Source: Lingula anatina (lineage: Eukaryota; Animalia; Brachiopoda). Taken from it: a stretch of 64,000 nucleotides of DNA. Where the stretch lies: the NCBI GenBank assembly GCA_051362555.1, contig CM120640.1, positions 31,949,967 through 32,013,966 of the forward strand, in the 5' to 3' direction. Both the position numbers and the translations under genes were made by a program. Each line of letters begins with the position of its first letter. The stretch's first letter is position 1. Below are positions 11,821 to 23,645 of this stretch, piece after piece. Below the pieces are notes generated by a model. It ran no database searches and was not told where the DNA came from. It saw only the letters and a list, made by a program, of their open reading frames with translations.

Positions 11821-14790
11821 TTAAAAAATCAATTCCTGCTTGTGACAGATTTGAAGCCTAGGCTTCTTGAGCAACAAGAAAGATAACTGAATTATGGCAT
11901 GAAATAATGAATTGCAATGGAAATATATAAAATTAAATATATTTATTGACTTCATGATAATATGAGGATATATGAGTAAAATTTTCTTGGAAATCTATGT
12001 TTTTTCTAGTTTGACAATCAAGTCTGATTTTATATATATAAATAGATGATAGATAATAAATTGAATAGATGAAATATGGGTCTTGAGGTCAGCCATATTT
12101 CTTATGGCTACAAAGGGTTAAATTGACCTTTGTTTGGGTGGGTATGTACCTTATGGGATAACCTGTTTTTAAGTAGGACTGAAAATAAAGAAATACTAAA
12201 CTTATTACTGGATGATCTTTATGCGTTTCTTCTATATATGGATATCCTGTCTGGAATAGCTTTGAAATCTCCTGGTAAAATATTTACAAACAATTAATTT
12301 GCAGAATATACAGTTGTCTGGAGTCTAAGTAAAAACAAAAAAGAACGGAGGAGTTTTACACCACCTTAGTTGCAGATTGTTTTTTTCTTAAGCAGCTTTA
12401 GGCCAGTTCAGTAACATATTAGCTTGTATGCTATATCAGCAAATTTTGAATAAAAATATTGTAGAAAAAGGAACCAAAATAAGTATATTTGATTGCATCA
12501 TGTTACATTATATTATTCAGTATAATGTCAAAATATAAAGCAATATGGTTTTTTGACATGAATGTAAAAAGTTATGTTTACATGAGAAAGTTTATCACAA
12601 GATAGTTGTCATAACACAGTAGTGTTTTACACAAAAACTTAGTTGTTGATTTTCTTTACAGATTTTAAGTCAAATGAAGTGATGCTGTCTTTTTTTTAGG
12701 GTTGTCTCAAATAACTCGGTACTTCTAAGTGTGGCACATGGTCTTGTAGATATGGAAAGAATGCCTCTGGGTCAGAGGTGCTCAGTTTTGAGTGACACAG
12801 AACAGCTACCAGATCAATGTCTTATTATTTTGTCCAGTATTGACATACATTAGTCATTGTTACTGCTTTTCATTTTACACTGGATCCATATTATTCCTAA
12901 CCAAATAGCTGGCATTCCAGGTCTGATTACAAGAAGCAGTGTGTGTGGATACATATATCCCTATGTTCATTTCAGTAAGAGCCATGTGTGGTAATGGGAC
13001 TTTATAAGGCAAATAGAACAACAGAACTCTGAATGAGTCAAGTGTGAATACTATTTGATTGCACTAATGAAAAGGAAAATTTTGCTGGGGGAATAAATTT
13101 GTTTCAGAGGCTTAAACTAACAACATGGAAATAATTGTTGTTTGTTTAAGATATGTTTTGAGTGAATCAGAAAATATTTACTGTAAATCTTTTATTTGTC
13201 TATATAGACTATTTTCAACAAATTTCTCCAATATCAGGGATTTATTATAAAGTATCATAAATCTCGTGTTGAGAAGCCCATTTATCTTAAGTGCCAAGTT
13301 GCATCAGCTACCATAAAACTGGGTTGAAGAGGGATTACTTACTTCGTGGATCACCACATTGTCTTTTTGATAATTCACGTGAACTTTTATTAGATCTTTT
13401 CATTTGGATTCAAATGCCAGGTCACATGGTTAGTTTGTGATACTGTGTCAGCTATTTATTTAAGATTAGCATTAGCCTTAAAGATTTACCTGCTTAAATT
13501 ATGGCAACCATGCTTAAAAGTATATTGTATGCATTTGAAAATGCCCCAAAGTAATATTTTTCTGTCTACATCTCCTGTATAGCTTACATTTACTTATTCT
13601 GACCTTAAAAATGATCAAACCTTCCTTCTGAAGTGTCATGAAGACCATGCTAGTCTCATTGTCTGGCCAGTCATTTAACACTAAAATATTTAATTAAAAA
13701 GACATGAAAATGCAGTGATAGACAATAATCAGTGAGTTACAGATTTTTTTCCTGTGGAAATAAGATTTGGTGGAGAAATCCTAAATGGGATGCTCTCAAT
13801 CACTGTCTAAAAGCAAAGCATGTTGGGAAAACCCTCTTTTAAATTGACATTGGAGTGTTAACCCTTTGAGGAAAGGGCAGCTTGGATTGTACTGCAGCAA
13901 GGAAATATCTAGACAAAAAAAAAATAGAGAAATGGATCTTGTTCTAATCATAAAAAGGACTGAAAAGTCTGATGAAATGCAATTTATAAAGAGGCCAGCT
14001 TGTTTTATATAGAAATGATACCATAACATTATTTCATGGAGAGGCCTTTTGTTTTCACTGCATATTTGCATTGCATTTCATATACCATCAAGTCATTTAT
14101 GCTTTCTGTGTTTACATATAGTTATTTTAGTTATAGCTATTCGATTTCAACAGTAGTTTGAAAGGGACAAAATGTGAGACTTCATACACCTGTTTTTGTG
14201 GAACTTGTCTGAGGGTAATTTATATATATATATATAATCATTTTGTCCTGTTTCTAATGAGAACAATAGTGAGCATGCTTAACAGAAAGAAATATTGGCA
14301 AAAGGTGTTCACTGCCTGTATTGACCACAATTCAATTGCAGTTAAGTTGACCAGTGATTCCTTAGTTTAAATAGCCCTATTAAGAGAAAAAACAACATGG
14401 TCGACTTTATACAATTTGTAATCATCGTAAAAAAATCTCTTTCAGTTGCAGGGAATTGGTATTTCCCCTCTGCTTTATCTTAAATTTATAATTCTGATGA
14501 TTAATTGCTTAAGTTTTGATGTTTTTCACGCGAAATACTGTTAGAACAGTTTTCAAGGACGGGAATTGGCTGTATTTATAACAGGAGAAATTTTATAAAT
14601 CTTGGTATGTACACATATTTCAGTAGAATCTTCATGAAAACATGCTTGTGATTCATTTCAAGTGCAATATACCTCACCTCATAGCTCCTAGACTTGAATT
14701 AATTGTACAGCAACCACACATAATTTGCATTTAAATGTCTACTTAATGAATTTCTACAAGAAAAATTATGCATAACCTTACCTTCCTTAA

Positions 14791-15407
14791 AGCAATAATA
14801 ACTCTTCCTTTGAGATTCAAAAATCCGCATGAAATACATTGTAAACAATGCATGGAAATATATTCTATTGTATTTTACCACTAAAACGGCCGTTATTGTA
14901 GGAAAACTAAAATCTGTGCTTGTCAATAGGGCTTTCGATCACTTTTTTCCGGTCGACAAGTGCATTCGTTGCTAATGACGTAATGGTGTCACGCGGATTC
15001 TCGCGTTCATTCGAGACCAAAATAACATGGCGGGAAACCCTCAGACGTAAGTTGCGAGTTTTTGTACAGTGCGTCGGATAACGAATAGCCCAGAATGGCA
15101 CACATTGTGGATATAAATGCATTTTTAACAAAAAGACAAATATATCTCATGAATCTTATATAGTGTTGTTGCTGTCTGCTTTTCCCGCGGTTTTAAGTAG
15201 GTCACCAGTGACTTTGCAATGTCAGAGAGAGCTCCGTCAGTTAAAATCTCTTAAGAGATTTTAACAAAAAACCGTACGTTTAGGAAAAAAACCCTGGATT
15301 AACTTTGAATGCAGGAATGGGGTCGTTGGCCATTGGTAAGTACGGGAAAATTGCCGTTTTTTCCAGGAAAATCCAATTTTTGGCCAAAACGAAGAGTTAT
15401 TATGACT
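14791..15407. mobile_element. Kolobok-like non-autonomous DNA transposon, copy A (~617 bp)
   Basis: TTAA on both sides; termini AGCAATAATAACTCTTC ... GAAGAGTTATTATGACT (AG...CT ends with TTAA target fit Kolobok); CpG-rich; near-identical inverted copy at 17599-18227. Confidence 0.85.
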
Positions 15408-15615
15408 TTAAATGATCCATATTTTTTGTCTACTTTGACAAAGGTGGGGGTCATTGTTTTTTTGCGTTTGACACATGACATGTCAAAAAAGCCATTGTTG
15501 CTTTTTCAAAGACCCTTCTTGAAAGGATTTTTACAATTTTGTGTAAAGAAAATTTATATTGTTGACTTTTTTTTCTTTTGAACATTTACAATTCCAAAAG
15601 GGTTATTTAACATAG

Positions 15616-15788
15616 CTGGGGTAGCGCTAACACTCGCCAATTTAGCCAAATGCTAAAACTGACTTGAATTGGCTAAAGAAAAAGGACTTGATTTGACATG
15701 TTTTAGCCAAATTATAACCATTTTGATAACAAATTGACAAAATTGTGGTGATTTGGCTAAGTGAAAAAAATTGCTACCGCTACCCCAG
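15616..15788. mobile_element. Small MITE of unassigned superfamily (~175 bp)
   Basis: Inverted termini CTGGGGTAGCG ... CGCTACCCCAG flanked by direct CATAG (or ATA if ends are extended by 1 nt); internal TTAGCCAA/TTGGCTAA motifs repeated in both orientations. Confidence 0.65.
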
Positions 15789-16067
15789 CATAGAAACAAA
15801 GAATTACTATGATTTAAACCTTAATTTGACAAACAAATGTGATTACATATACCATAGTACACTATCCCCATATTGTATTTATTTCTTAATTTGTAGAAAT
15901 TTGTTGTACTAGAATAACACTCCCAGCTGGTAATCTGTGTGGAATGTTGGTCCCTGTTGCTGTATCTTGAGGTTTATAAATTTGTTTGTATTGACAAATT
16001 TTGCCTGGAGTCCTGTTTACTGCCAGTCTGTGGACCCACCATGGTAAGATTATTTAGAAGCATCTTA

Positions 16068-16561
16068 TGCCCTGTTCACACTACGTTCATTTATCCAGAT
16101 AAATAGAAAATCAAGTCACTGATGGAAAATATGTGTAGTATGAAAGTAGAGGATTTATGCAACAGTTTCTCAAAATCCTGCTAGCAAATTGGAGTTTTGA
16201 TAGTCATTGGAATAACCCAACAGAACTAGCACCTTTTTAGGGTCTTTCTGCCAATGTGCATACAAAAAGTGCAGCAAATTTCTTTTGTGGCCTTTTGCTA
16301 TTTAAATATGACTGTCCAATTGTTTATTTAGATGTATTTGATGATACAAATGAAAACAAACAGCAAAAAAGAATGTTTAAATATAGCAGTAAATAGTGCC
16401 ATATTTTTGCATGCAAAGGGTTTTCCTGTGTGGCATATTCACAAATAATCAAGCACTTAGATTTTCAGCGTGTTTGGTTTTTCTTTGAGTGAATCAGATT
16501 TTTAACCAGAAATTTTAATTTGAAAAACCCAGATTTTTCATCTGGTAGTGTGAACAGGGCA
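16068..16561. mobile_element. PIF/Harbinger-like MITE (~494 bp)
   Basis: Perfect inverted termini TGCCCTGTTCACACTAC ... GTAGTGTGAACAGGGCA, flanked by TTA/TAA. Confidence 0.75.
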
Positions 16562-17598
16562 TAAGAGAGAGAATCAGACTGCCTGTTGAGATGGTGGGTA
16601 CAAAATTAAATCGACCTAACTTGACTGGAAACACTGCTTCAATGCGGGTGACATAAGTAGGGCAAGATAGGGTTAAAATGGCATGTCAGTAATTGAATAT
16701 TCAACTGATACTTCTCCCTTTGTCCTTCAAAGTAGCCTGTTTGTAAACGGCTGGGTGAGGTATGGCCCAAGATGCGACATGAACTACTCAGTTTATCAGG
16801 CTGTTGTATCAGCATTCATAAATGGACAGTCACTATCAAGTGTCAGAAGTATTACTGGGGTCAAGTGTATATGCTTTCAATTCAGAGGGCATTTAGGTTT
16901 AGACCATGTGCAGTGTTATTAATTTTACATACTTAGTATATTGTTAGAAAAAGTAAACAGACTTATATGGCAAGATGCATCTGGTGCAGTGCCATGAAAA
17001 GAGTAGCACCATATGTGTATTCCTAGCCCTAAACTTAAGTTAAAGCTTTGTTAGTGTTCAAAATGCATTAAAATGGACGTTAAAGTTAAATCTAAGTCTT
17101 ACTAAAAATGAGTTTATTGATGACAGTTAACATTATGGGAATTTTCTTCTTACTACATGTAAAGTGTGCGCATTATTGTTCTTTTAAGAACAATAATGGT
17201 ACAAACTATATGGCAGCAGTAGGGATGATTGTAAATGTTTTTGAAATATTTAGTTTACCCAAAAAGAGAAGTGTTTCCATTAAAAAAGACACTGCATGTG
17301 TGACTATTTTGTAAATAATCCTCAAAGTATGATAAATTGCCCAATATTATGCACATACGTTCTAAATTGAAACTTTGGCCTAGCTTAAGAATTAACTCCA
17401 TAGAATCCTAGTCCAGATCTGGGTTTATTTGGACCATCAGCAGGGATATGTAGTCTGCACACTTTAGAATAGTTCACCCCCAGGACCATGATCAGGCCTT
17501 CACCTCAGTCGAAATTGTGAGTGTGAATAGCCTAAATGTCTCAATTGTTAGATATGTTTTTATGCAGGTACCATTATTGTCTGATTTTATGTATTTAA

Positions 17599-18227
17599 AG
17601 TCATAATAACTCTTCGTTTTGGCCAAAAATTGGATTTTCCTGGAAAAAACGGCAATTTTCCCGTACTTACCAATGGCCAACGACCCCATTCCTGCATTCA
17701 AAGTTAATCCAGGGTTTTTTTCCTAAACGTACGGTTTTTTGTTAAAATCTCTTAAGAGATTTTAACTGACGGAGCTCTCTCTGACATTGCAAAGTCACTG
17801 GTGACCTACTTAAAACCGCGGGAAAAGCAGACAACAACAACACTATATAAGATTCATGAGATATATTCGTCTTTTTGTTAAAAATGCATTTATATCCACA
17901 ATGTGTGCCATTCTGGGCTTTTCGTTATCCGACGCACTGTACAAAAACTCGCAACTTACGTCTGCGTCTGCACTAATGCGTTTGGCGCCATGTTATTTTG
18001 GTCTCGAATGAACGCGAGAATCCGCGTGACACCATTACGTCATTAGCAACGAATGCACTTGTCGACCGGAAAAAAGGCATCGTAAGCCCTACTGACAAGC
18101 ACAGATTTTAGTTTTCCTACAATAACGGCCGTTTTAGTGGTAAAATACAATAGAATATATTTCCATGCGTTTTTTACAATGTATTTCATGCGGATTTTTG
18201 AATCTCAAAGGAAGAGTTATTATTGCT
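17599..18227. mobile_element. Kolobok-like non-autonomous DNA transposon, copy B (~629 bp), inverted relative to copy A
   Basis: TTAA|AGTCATAATAACTCTTC ... GAAGAGTTATTATTGCT|TTAA; reverse complement of 14791-15407 with scattered substitutions and one short replaced segment near 17965-17988. Confidence 0.85.
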
Positions 18228-21200
18228 TTAAGCAAATTTATTGAGACTATATTTTTGTACATTATCCGTGCAATATACTACATTTTAATGTATCACTGTT
18301 AGAAGTAATTCAGATAAAAATGGAAGAAATAATATTTATAATTATTAAAAAATGTGTAACTTTTTGTTTTACTGAAAGAGTCTTGTTTTAAACAGAAGGC
18401 TCCCTGTAAAAGAATGTATTTCAATGAGGTTGAACTGTCTGGGAGGATATAACCATTTCTTCACTCTGAATACCATTCCTACCATAGTTATGAATGAGGC
18501 CATATTGAGTCAAACTGGTTTAAAGGGCAGGTCCAGCAGGTGCCCTTCCACAAGTAGTGGGCCATTCCATATTATGCAGTCTAGATATCTGATAGTTCAA
18601 AAGATCACTAGGTCAGCATTTTGCTCTTTGTGGCTCTGGTGAGTAACAGGCATTTGGATCTATAGTACCAAGTAAAGATCCTCTAAATTTTTTCATATTT
18701 TTCTCCTGAAAGCCCATAGGAAAGAAACTGTTGTGTAAATTATTTAGTGTTGAGCCTAGGGATAGAAAAATGACCTTTCTGGTGTTATTCCATGGTAGAA
18801 GGGCTCTATTATTCTTCCCATATGTCCCTAAATTGAAATCTATAGAAAACTAGGGCGACATTCAGTGACTGAAAGCATTATTTTTGGTTTCTTTGTAAAC
18901 ATTACATTGTGGTGGAGAAACAGGTGCAGAAGTTTTGTAATTGAAAACTTGATATGAGTGCTCTTTGAGGAAAAGGCCTTGTCATCTTTTAAACCTGTCA
19001 GGGAAAAGCTTGTCTAAGTGGAATGCTTAACTATCACTTTTGATCAGCACAAAGGATTCATGTTTGCAAGGAAGAAGACACTTTTGATTCTGTCTGATAG
19101 ATCATGGAAATGTCCATGAATATGAATCCCTTCTCCACAGTTGTTTGCCCAAATGAGTTGTCACTCTTAATAGGCTGATGTTGTATTTCCACAATCCTAA
19201 CAGATCTAAAAAAAATCTGTGCTAAAGGTTTTAAAAATATAATTTAGAATATGCAATTGCTTTTGGAGTCGGTAGTATACGGGCATATTTTTCAGACCAT
19301 CATATCAGGTTTGTTTTCATTTTAGTTGGTTTCAACCTTATTTGTATGAACAGTGTACGTAAGCTTTATGGTTATGTTTAATACATAGTAGGCAGCAAAT
19401 CTAATCCTTTTGTTGTCCCACCCATCACCATTTTAATGGAGGGTAGATGAAAGGAAATTCATGGTCTGAGTTCTGAGTTAAGTCAACCTAACAAGGCTGG
19501 CATCAGGACAGCCACACACAGAGCCTGGTACCACGCTGTGGAATTAACGCACATTGACAGAAATAAGCAGAATAGTTTTACAATTCGGTACTATTTTTAG
19601 AGCCAAAATACAGTTAAGATTTGGCATATAAAAATATCTCTAGCCAATTTGGCCAAGTTCATGGTGTCAAACTTTCTAAAAACTTTCACACTCTATGGAA
19701 GGTATGATCAAACTTAACTCTCTACCAGGGTTGATTGGTGATATTTAAAATATTATTGATATATGATACACATTCAGTCAATTGATGAGTGATGAATATA
19801 TTTTTGACATTCTGTGCAAAACAGTTTTGCTAGACATCTGTGATGAAATCTCAGACAAAACCAATTTTCTAAACTCGGAAGTTAATTCTGTCTTTCACAG
19901 TCACTAAGTGTTAAACATTTGTTGCATAATCTCAAGGTCGGTTATCTGTCTAGCAAACCGGTCACCTGCTTAGGGGGGTTTCCTTTGTCTTTGCATAGTT
20001 GACTAAACAAAGCCTACCTAGCTTTTTACAAAGAATCTATTTTTTTAAAACTTTGCTGACTTTCAATAGCAGTATAAAATGTAAGAGTTTTGATTAGTTC
20101 ATGAATTAAGAAGTCAATATATTGGACTCACCTGCAAATGATTTTGTATGCTTTTGATATTAAATGATAAATTTTAAGTTAGTTGTGAATGATGTCCCAC
20201 AGGTCAGTTTTGACTGCAGAAATTAATGTCTTATGATTGGGGTGTTTTTTATCTTAATAACAAATCATCAAGATGTGATTTTTTTGTTTGACGAGAGGAA
20301 GATTGATGTTAAATATCAAATTTGTTGACATAGTAAGTCAGATACAGAAAGTCATGGATGACAGAGCCAGGGTCATACAGATATTAAAGTCATATTGGTG
20401 ACAAAAAAAGTCGTTAAACCAAGTGCAGTGAAGTTTGAATTCTACATTGACATAAATAGCAGCTGTGGGGTGTTTGTGTGTCTGAATTATAATTTCTGTG
20501 GTGAGGTTTCCACCCACGCTGCAGGATGTGTGAAGGGAGGTGGGAAGACCATATAATTAACTGGCATTTTTTTTTTTCTAAAGATTCCAATTACCAGCAG
20601 ATTGAAGAGACAATTCATTTTATGTAGTGTTGGCAGTTGACTCCTTACTGTGGGTGTCCTTGAAAACTCTGTTGCATGATCTACAAGTCATTGTGTTTGT
20701 GACTCGACCTTATCCTCAGATAACTTGGTATTTTTTTTTCCGTGAGCTTCTTCAATTGCAGCAGTCTAGAGCAAATAAACTGGTGGGTATGGTAGTGAAA
20801 AAGTACCATGCTTATTGGTAGAGTTGAATCTAGATGTATTTAACAAAAGGGTTTATCTAGCTTTGATATTTATGGGAATTAAATTAGTGTTCATTGATGA
20901 CTGTTTTATTCTGCTGGCCATAATAGACCCACAATGGTGGCCATGCCAGCATAGTTTAATACAGATTTATTTTCTAGCTTTGATAACTATTCAACAAGAT
21001 ATTTGACAGGACAGAAAAGATGTATTTGGCAGTCACACATAGACTGCTATAACAGTGACAGGTCATTGACCAATGGACTTGTTACAGGTTAAAAAAATTT
21101 ACAGTGACCTGGCTAAGATATTTATTCTTTTATACTGATATGGATCTGATTCATAGACTGCTTGTAAGCTATACAATTAATATTTCTATACCAGTAAATG

Positions 21201-21889
21201 GAAAAATTGCTTTGAAAGCAGCTGAGTTGATAATTCCTTGGCTAACAGTGGCTTAGGAAGTGCTAGAAAGGTTCCAATACAGCTTGGGGAAAGCCTTCTG
21301 CACTGAGAATTAGGGTTTATATGACAGGGTTTTTTATCTTTACTTATTTGGAAGATTATCAAAAATTAAGATTGTATTGGCCCACAATTCACAGTGGGCT
21401 ACAAATAATTTAGCAAGTAGCATGTGACCTGAGTGAAAAGCCAATCCACTGTGGATAATGGTGGTAATATATTGAGGCAGGCCAAGTGACATCCTGTGAA
21501 GGTGATATTGTTCCCAGTCTGAGCTTGGCAGTGATGGAGTCTGTCACATGAAACACTCACTAGAAAAAAACCCAAGTCGCTTATGCTATTTGAAAAAAAA
21601 ATTGAATGTAATTAGGAATTTTTATTATAATTTTGTGTCTTGATTCAGACTGGTGCTGATTTATGTATAGCAACTTCTTTCGGGAGACAATATTCCCATA
21701 ATTTTTGTTCAACTGCTTCTCTATAGGCTATAGCCACAGGTTTATCAGTATGTTGTCATTTCATGTTGATGTTTCTGGAGGTATATTTGCTAGTTTGCTG
21801 TATTGATGGGACAACGGTCTTAAACTTTTTTTAGTTAAAATACTAACCACTGGATGATATGTTTCAACATATTTTGAAATGAGAACCAG

Positions 21890-22102
21890 AGGCCTGTTTC
21901 ACAAAACTAAGATCTTTTGGACAAAGCTTAGACTGACTCTGAGGTGGTGTCCTTATTACTTTAAGATGAATTTAATGTGTCTGACAATCAAATATGCTAC
22001 ACTTACCACTGAGAGTAACAAACTTTACTAAAGGATAATGATTTGCTCCAAGATTTGTAGTGAAACAAATTTAGCCATTCTGACTTTTTGTGAAACAGGT
22101 CC
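21890..22102. mobile_element. PIF/Harbinger-like MITE (~213 bp), CWG target
   Basis: CAG|AGGCCTGTTTCACAAAA ... TTTTGTGAAACAGGTCC|CAG: 3-bp direct repeat plus terminal inverted repeat. Confidence 0.7.
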
Positions 22103-23601
22103 CAGGGGCAGTGTACCAAGTTTGGGACAGGGGAGATGTTTATATGAACAAGCCTGTAGTCTAGTCGTACATGGCCCATTAGTAGCAAGGGTAAATTAAC
22201 CATCCTAGTCTGGCTATGGAATTTTAATGAGGGATAAGGTGAAGATATGAAAACCTACAGATGCACTGACATGCACAGTGGGTATTGTATTTCACCTGCT
22301 GCTGGTCTCTTTATTGCAGTGGTTAATAATCTTGATCACCTGTTTTAGTTACCTTGGGAGGTACAAGAGTTTGGACCAGCCTGAGTCATGGAATTTGTAT
22401 CACACTGACAGTGACAGAAAGGAAATGTTGCATTTAGGCTGTTTACATATATGGAGATGGTGATTTATTTCAATTTCCTCCAGAGTAGAAGTGATTGCAT
22501 TAGCATGTTAGTGTTTCCTAGCGCATGATATTGGACTCTAGATTTGAATGCGCAAGTTTTTAGCAACACCACAAAAAGTGTCTAGCTGCTGTTCAAATTC
22601 AAGGAAAATCCAATTTAATACTTAGTCTGAGTTAGATGACAAATATTAACAGTACTAATCATTAAGTCAGTATGGAGAAGGTGCAGTGTACATTGCTGAG
22701 AAGGTTTCGGTATTATTTCGCATAAGAGCTACCCAAGTCTACATTGTCATGATAATGCTAGGGTTAAAAAAAACAGTGAATTACTCTCTGGGGATTGCCA
22801 GGTTATGTGCAATGTAAGGTAAATGTGTGCTTTTCATTTCAAACCCTGGCACTTGTTGAAAATCAACATAACGCGCACTCTACCTGTGGATTAGCTGAAG
22901 AATAAACCTGGTGTTGAAAGGGGAAAGTTAAAATATTCTGCCTTTTGCTGACATGAATTGATAATGGCCTCTGAAATTATATCCTGCCTGGGAATATAAT
23001 ATGCAATAAAAACTATGAATAAAATGGAAAATAGGTTTGCTGAATTTTGTGAACAGGGTGTAATAACATTGAAAAGCATTTAATTTACTGCACAGATTAG
23101 GCTCTAGGTTTCTCCCTGATTTTTTGCAACATGTTGAAGTTGTGGCAAGACAAAGTTCTTGTTAACAAAAATGAAATTTAATTCATCAGTTGCACAATTA
23201 TGTAAAGTTTCAACAATGTTTACACATTGCCAGTAGCAACATCATCAGTTTACACTAGTATCTCTTCTACACAAAGCATCTTTATCTCTGTCCTTTCCTC
23301 TGGTCTTCATCTATCTATTGGAGGGGGATATCTCTACCCGATACTGCCACACAAATATCCCATTTTATATCACTAGGGTCCTGTGATAAAGATTGTGTGC
23401 AGTGAATTCCAATTTTGATCAGTAGTCTATTTATTCACTAGCACAATGGTGTTTACCTGTTGTATGCAGGTTACCTTGTGACCCTGGCCTCTGTTCATTT
23501 ACCCACCAGGAGATCAAATATGCCATTATGGGTTTATTCTCCACTCACTGGCAGGACAGGATAGGTTTGTTGAAATGTCTGGAAATCTGCTTGCGTATTA
23601 T

Positions 23602-23603
<2 letters not shown>

Positions 23604-23637
<34 letters not shown>

Positions 23638-23645
23638 GGGGGGGG
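23604..23645. repeat. Poly-T run directly followed by poly-G run
   Basis: About 33 T then 9 G, read directly. Confidence 0.9.

Noticed and set aside
15299-17701. ORFs within the Kolobok-like copies (15299..15481, 15309..15581, 17492..17701)
   Set aside because: Short, no transposase motifs; artefacts of the non-coding MITE sequence.
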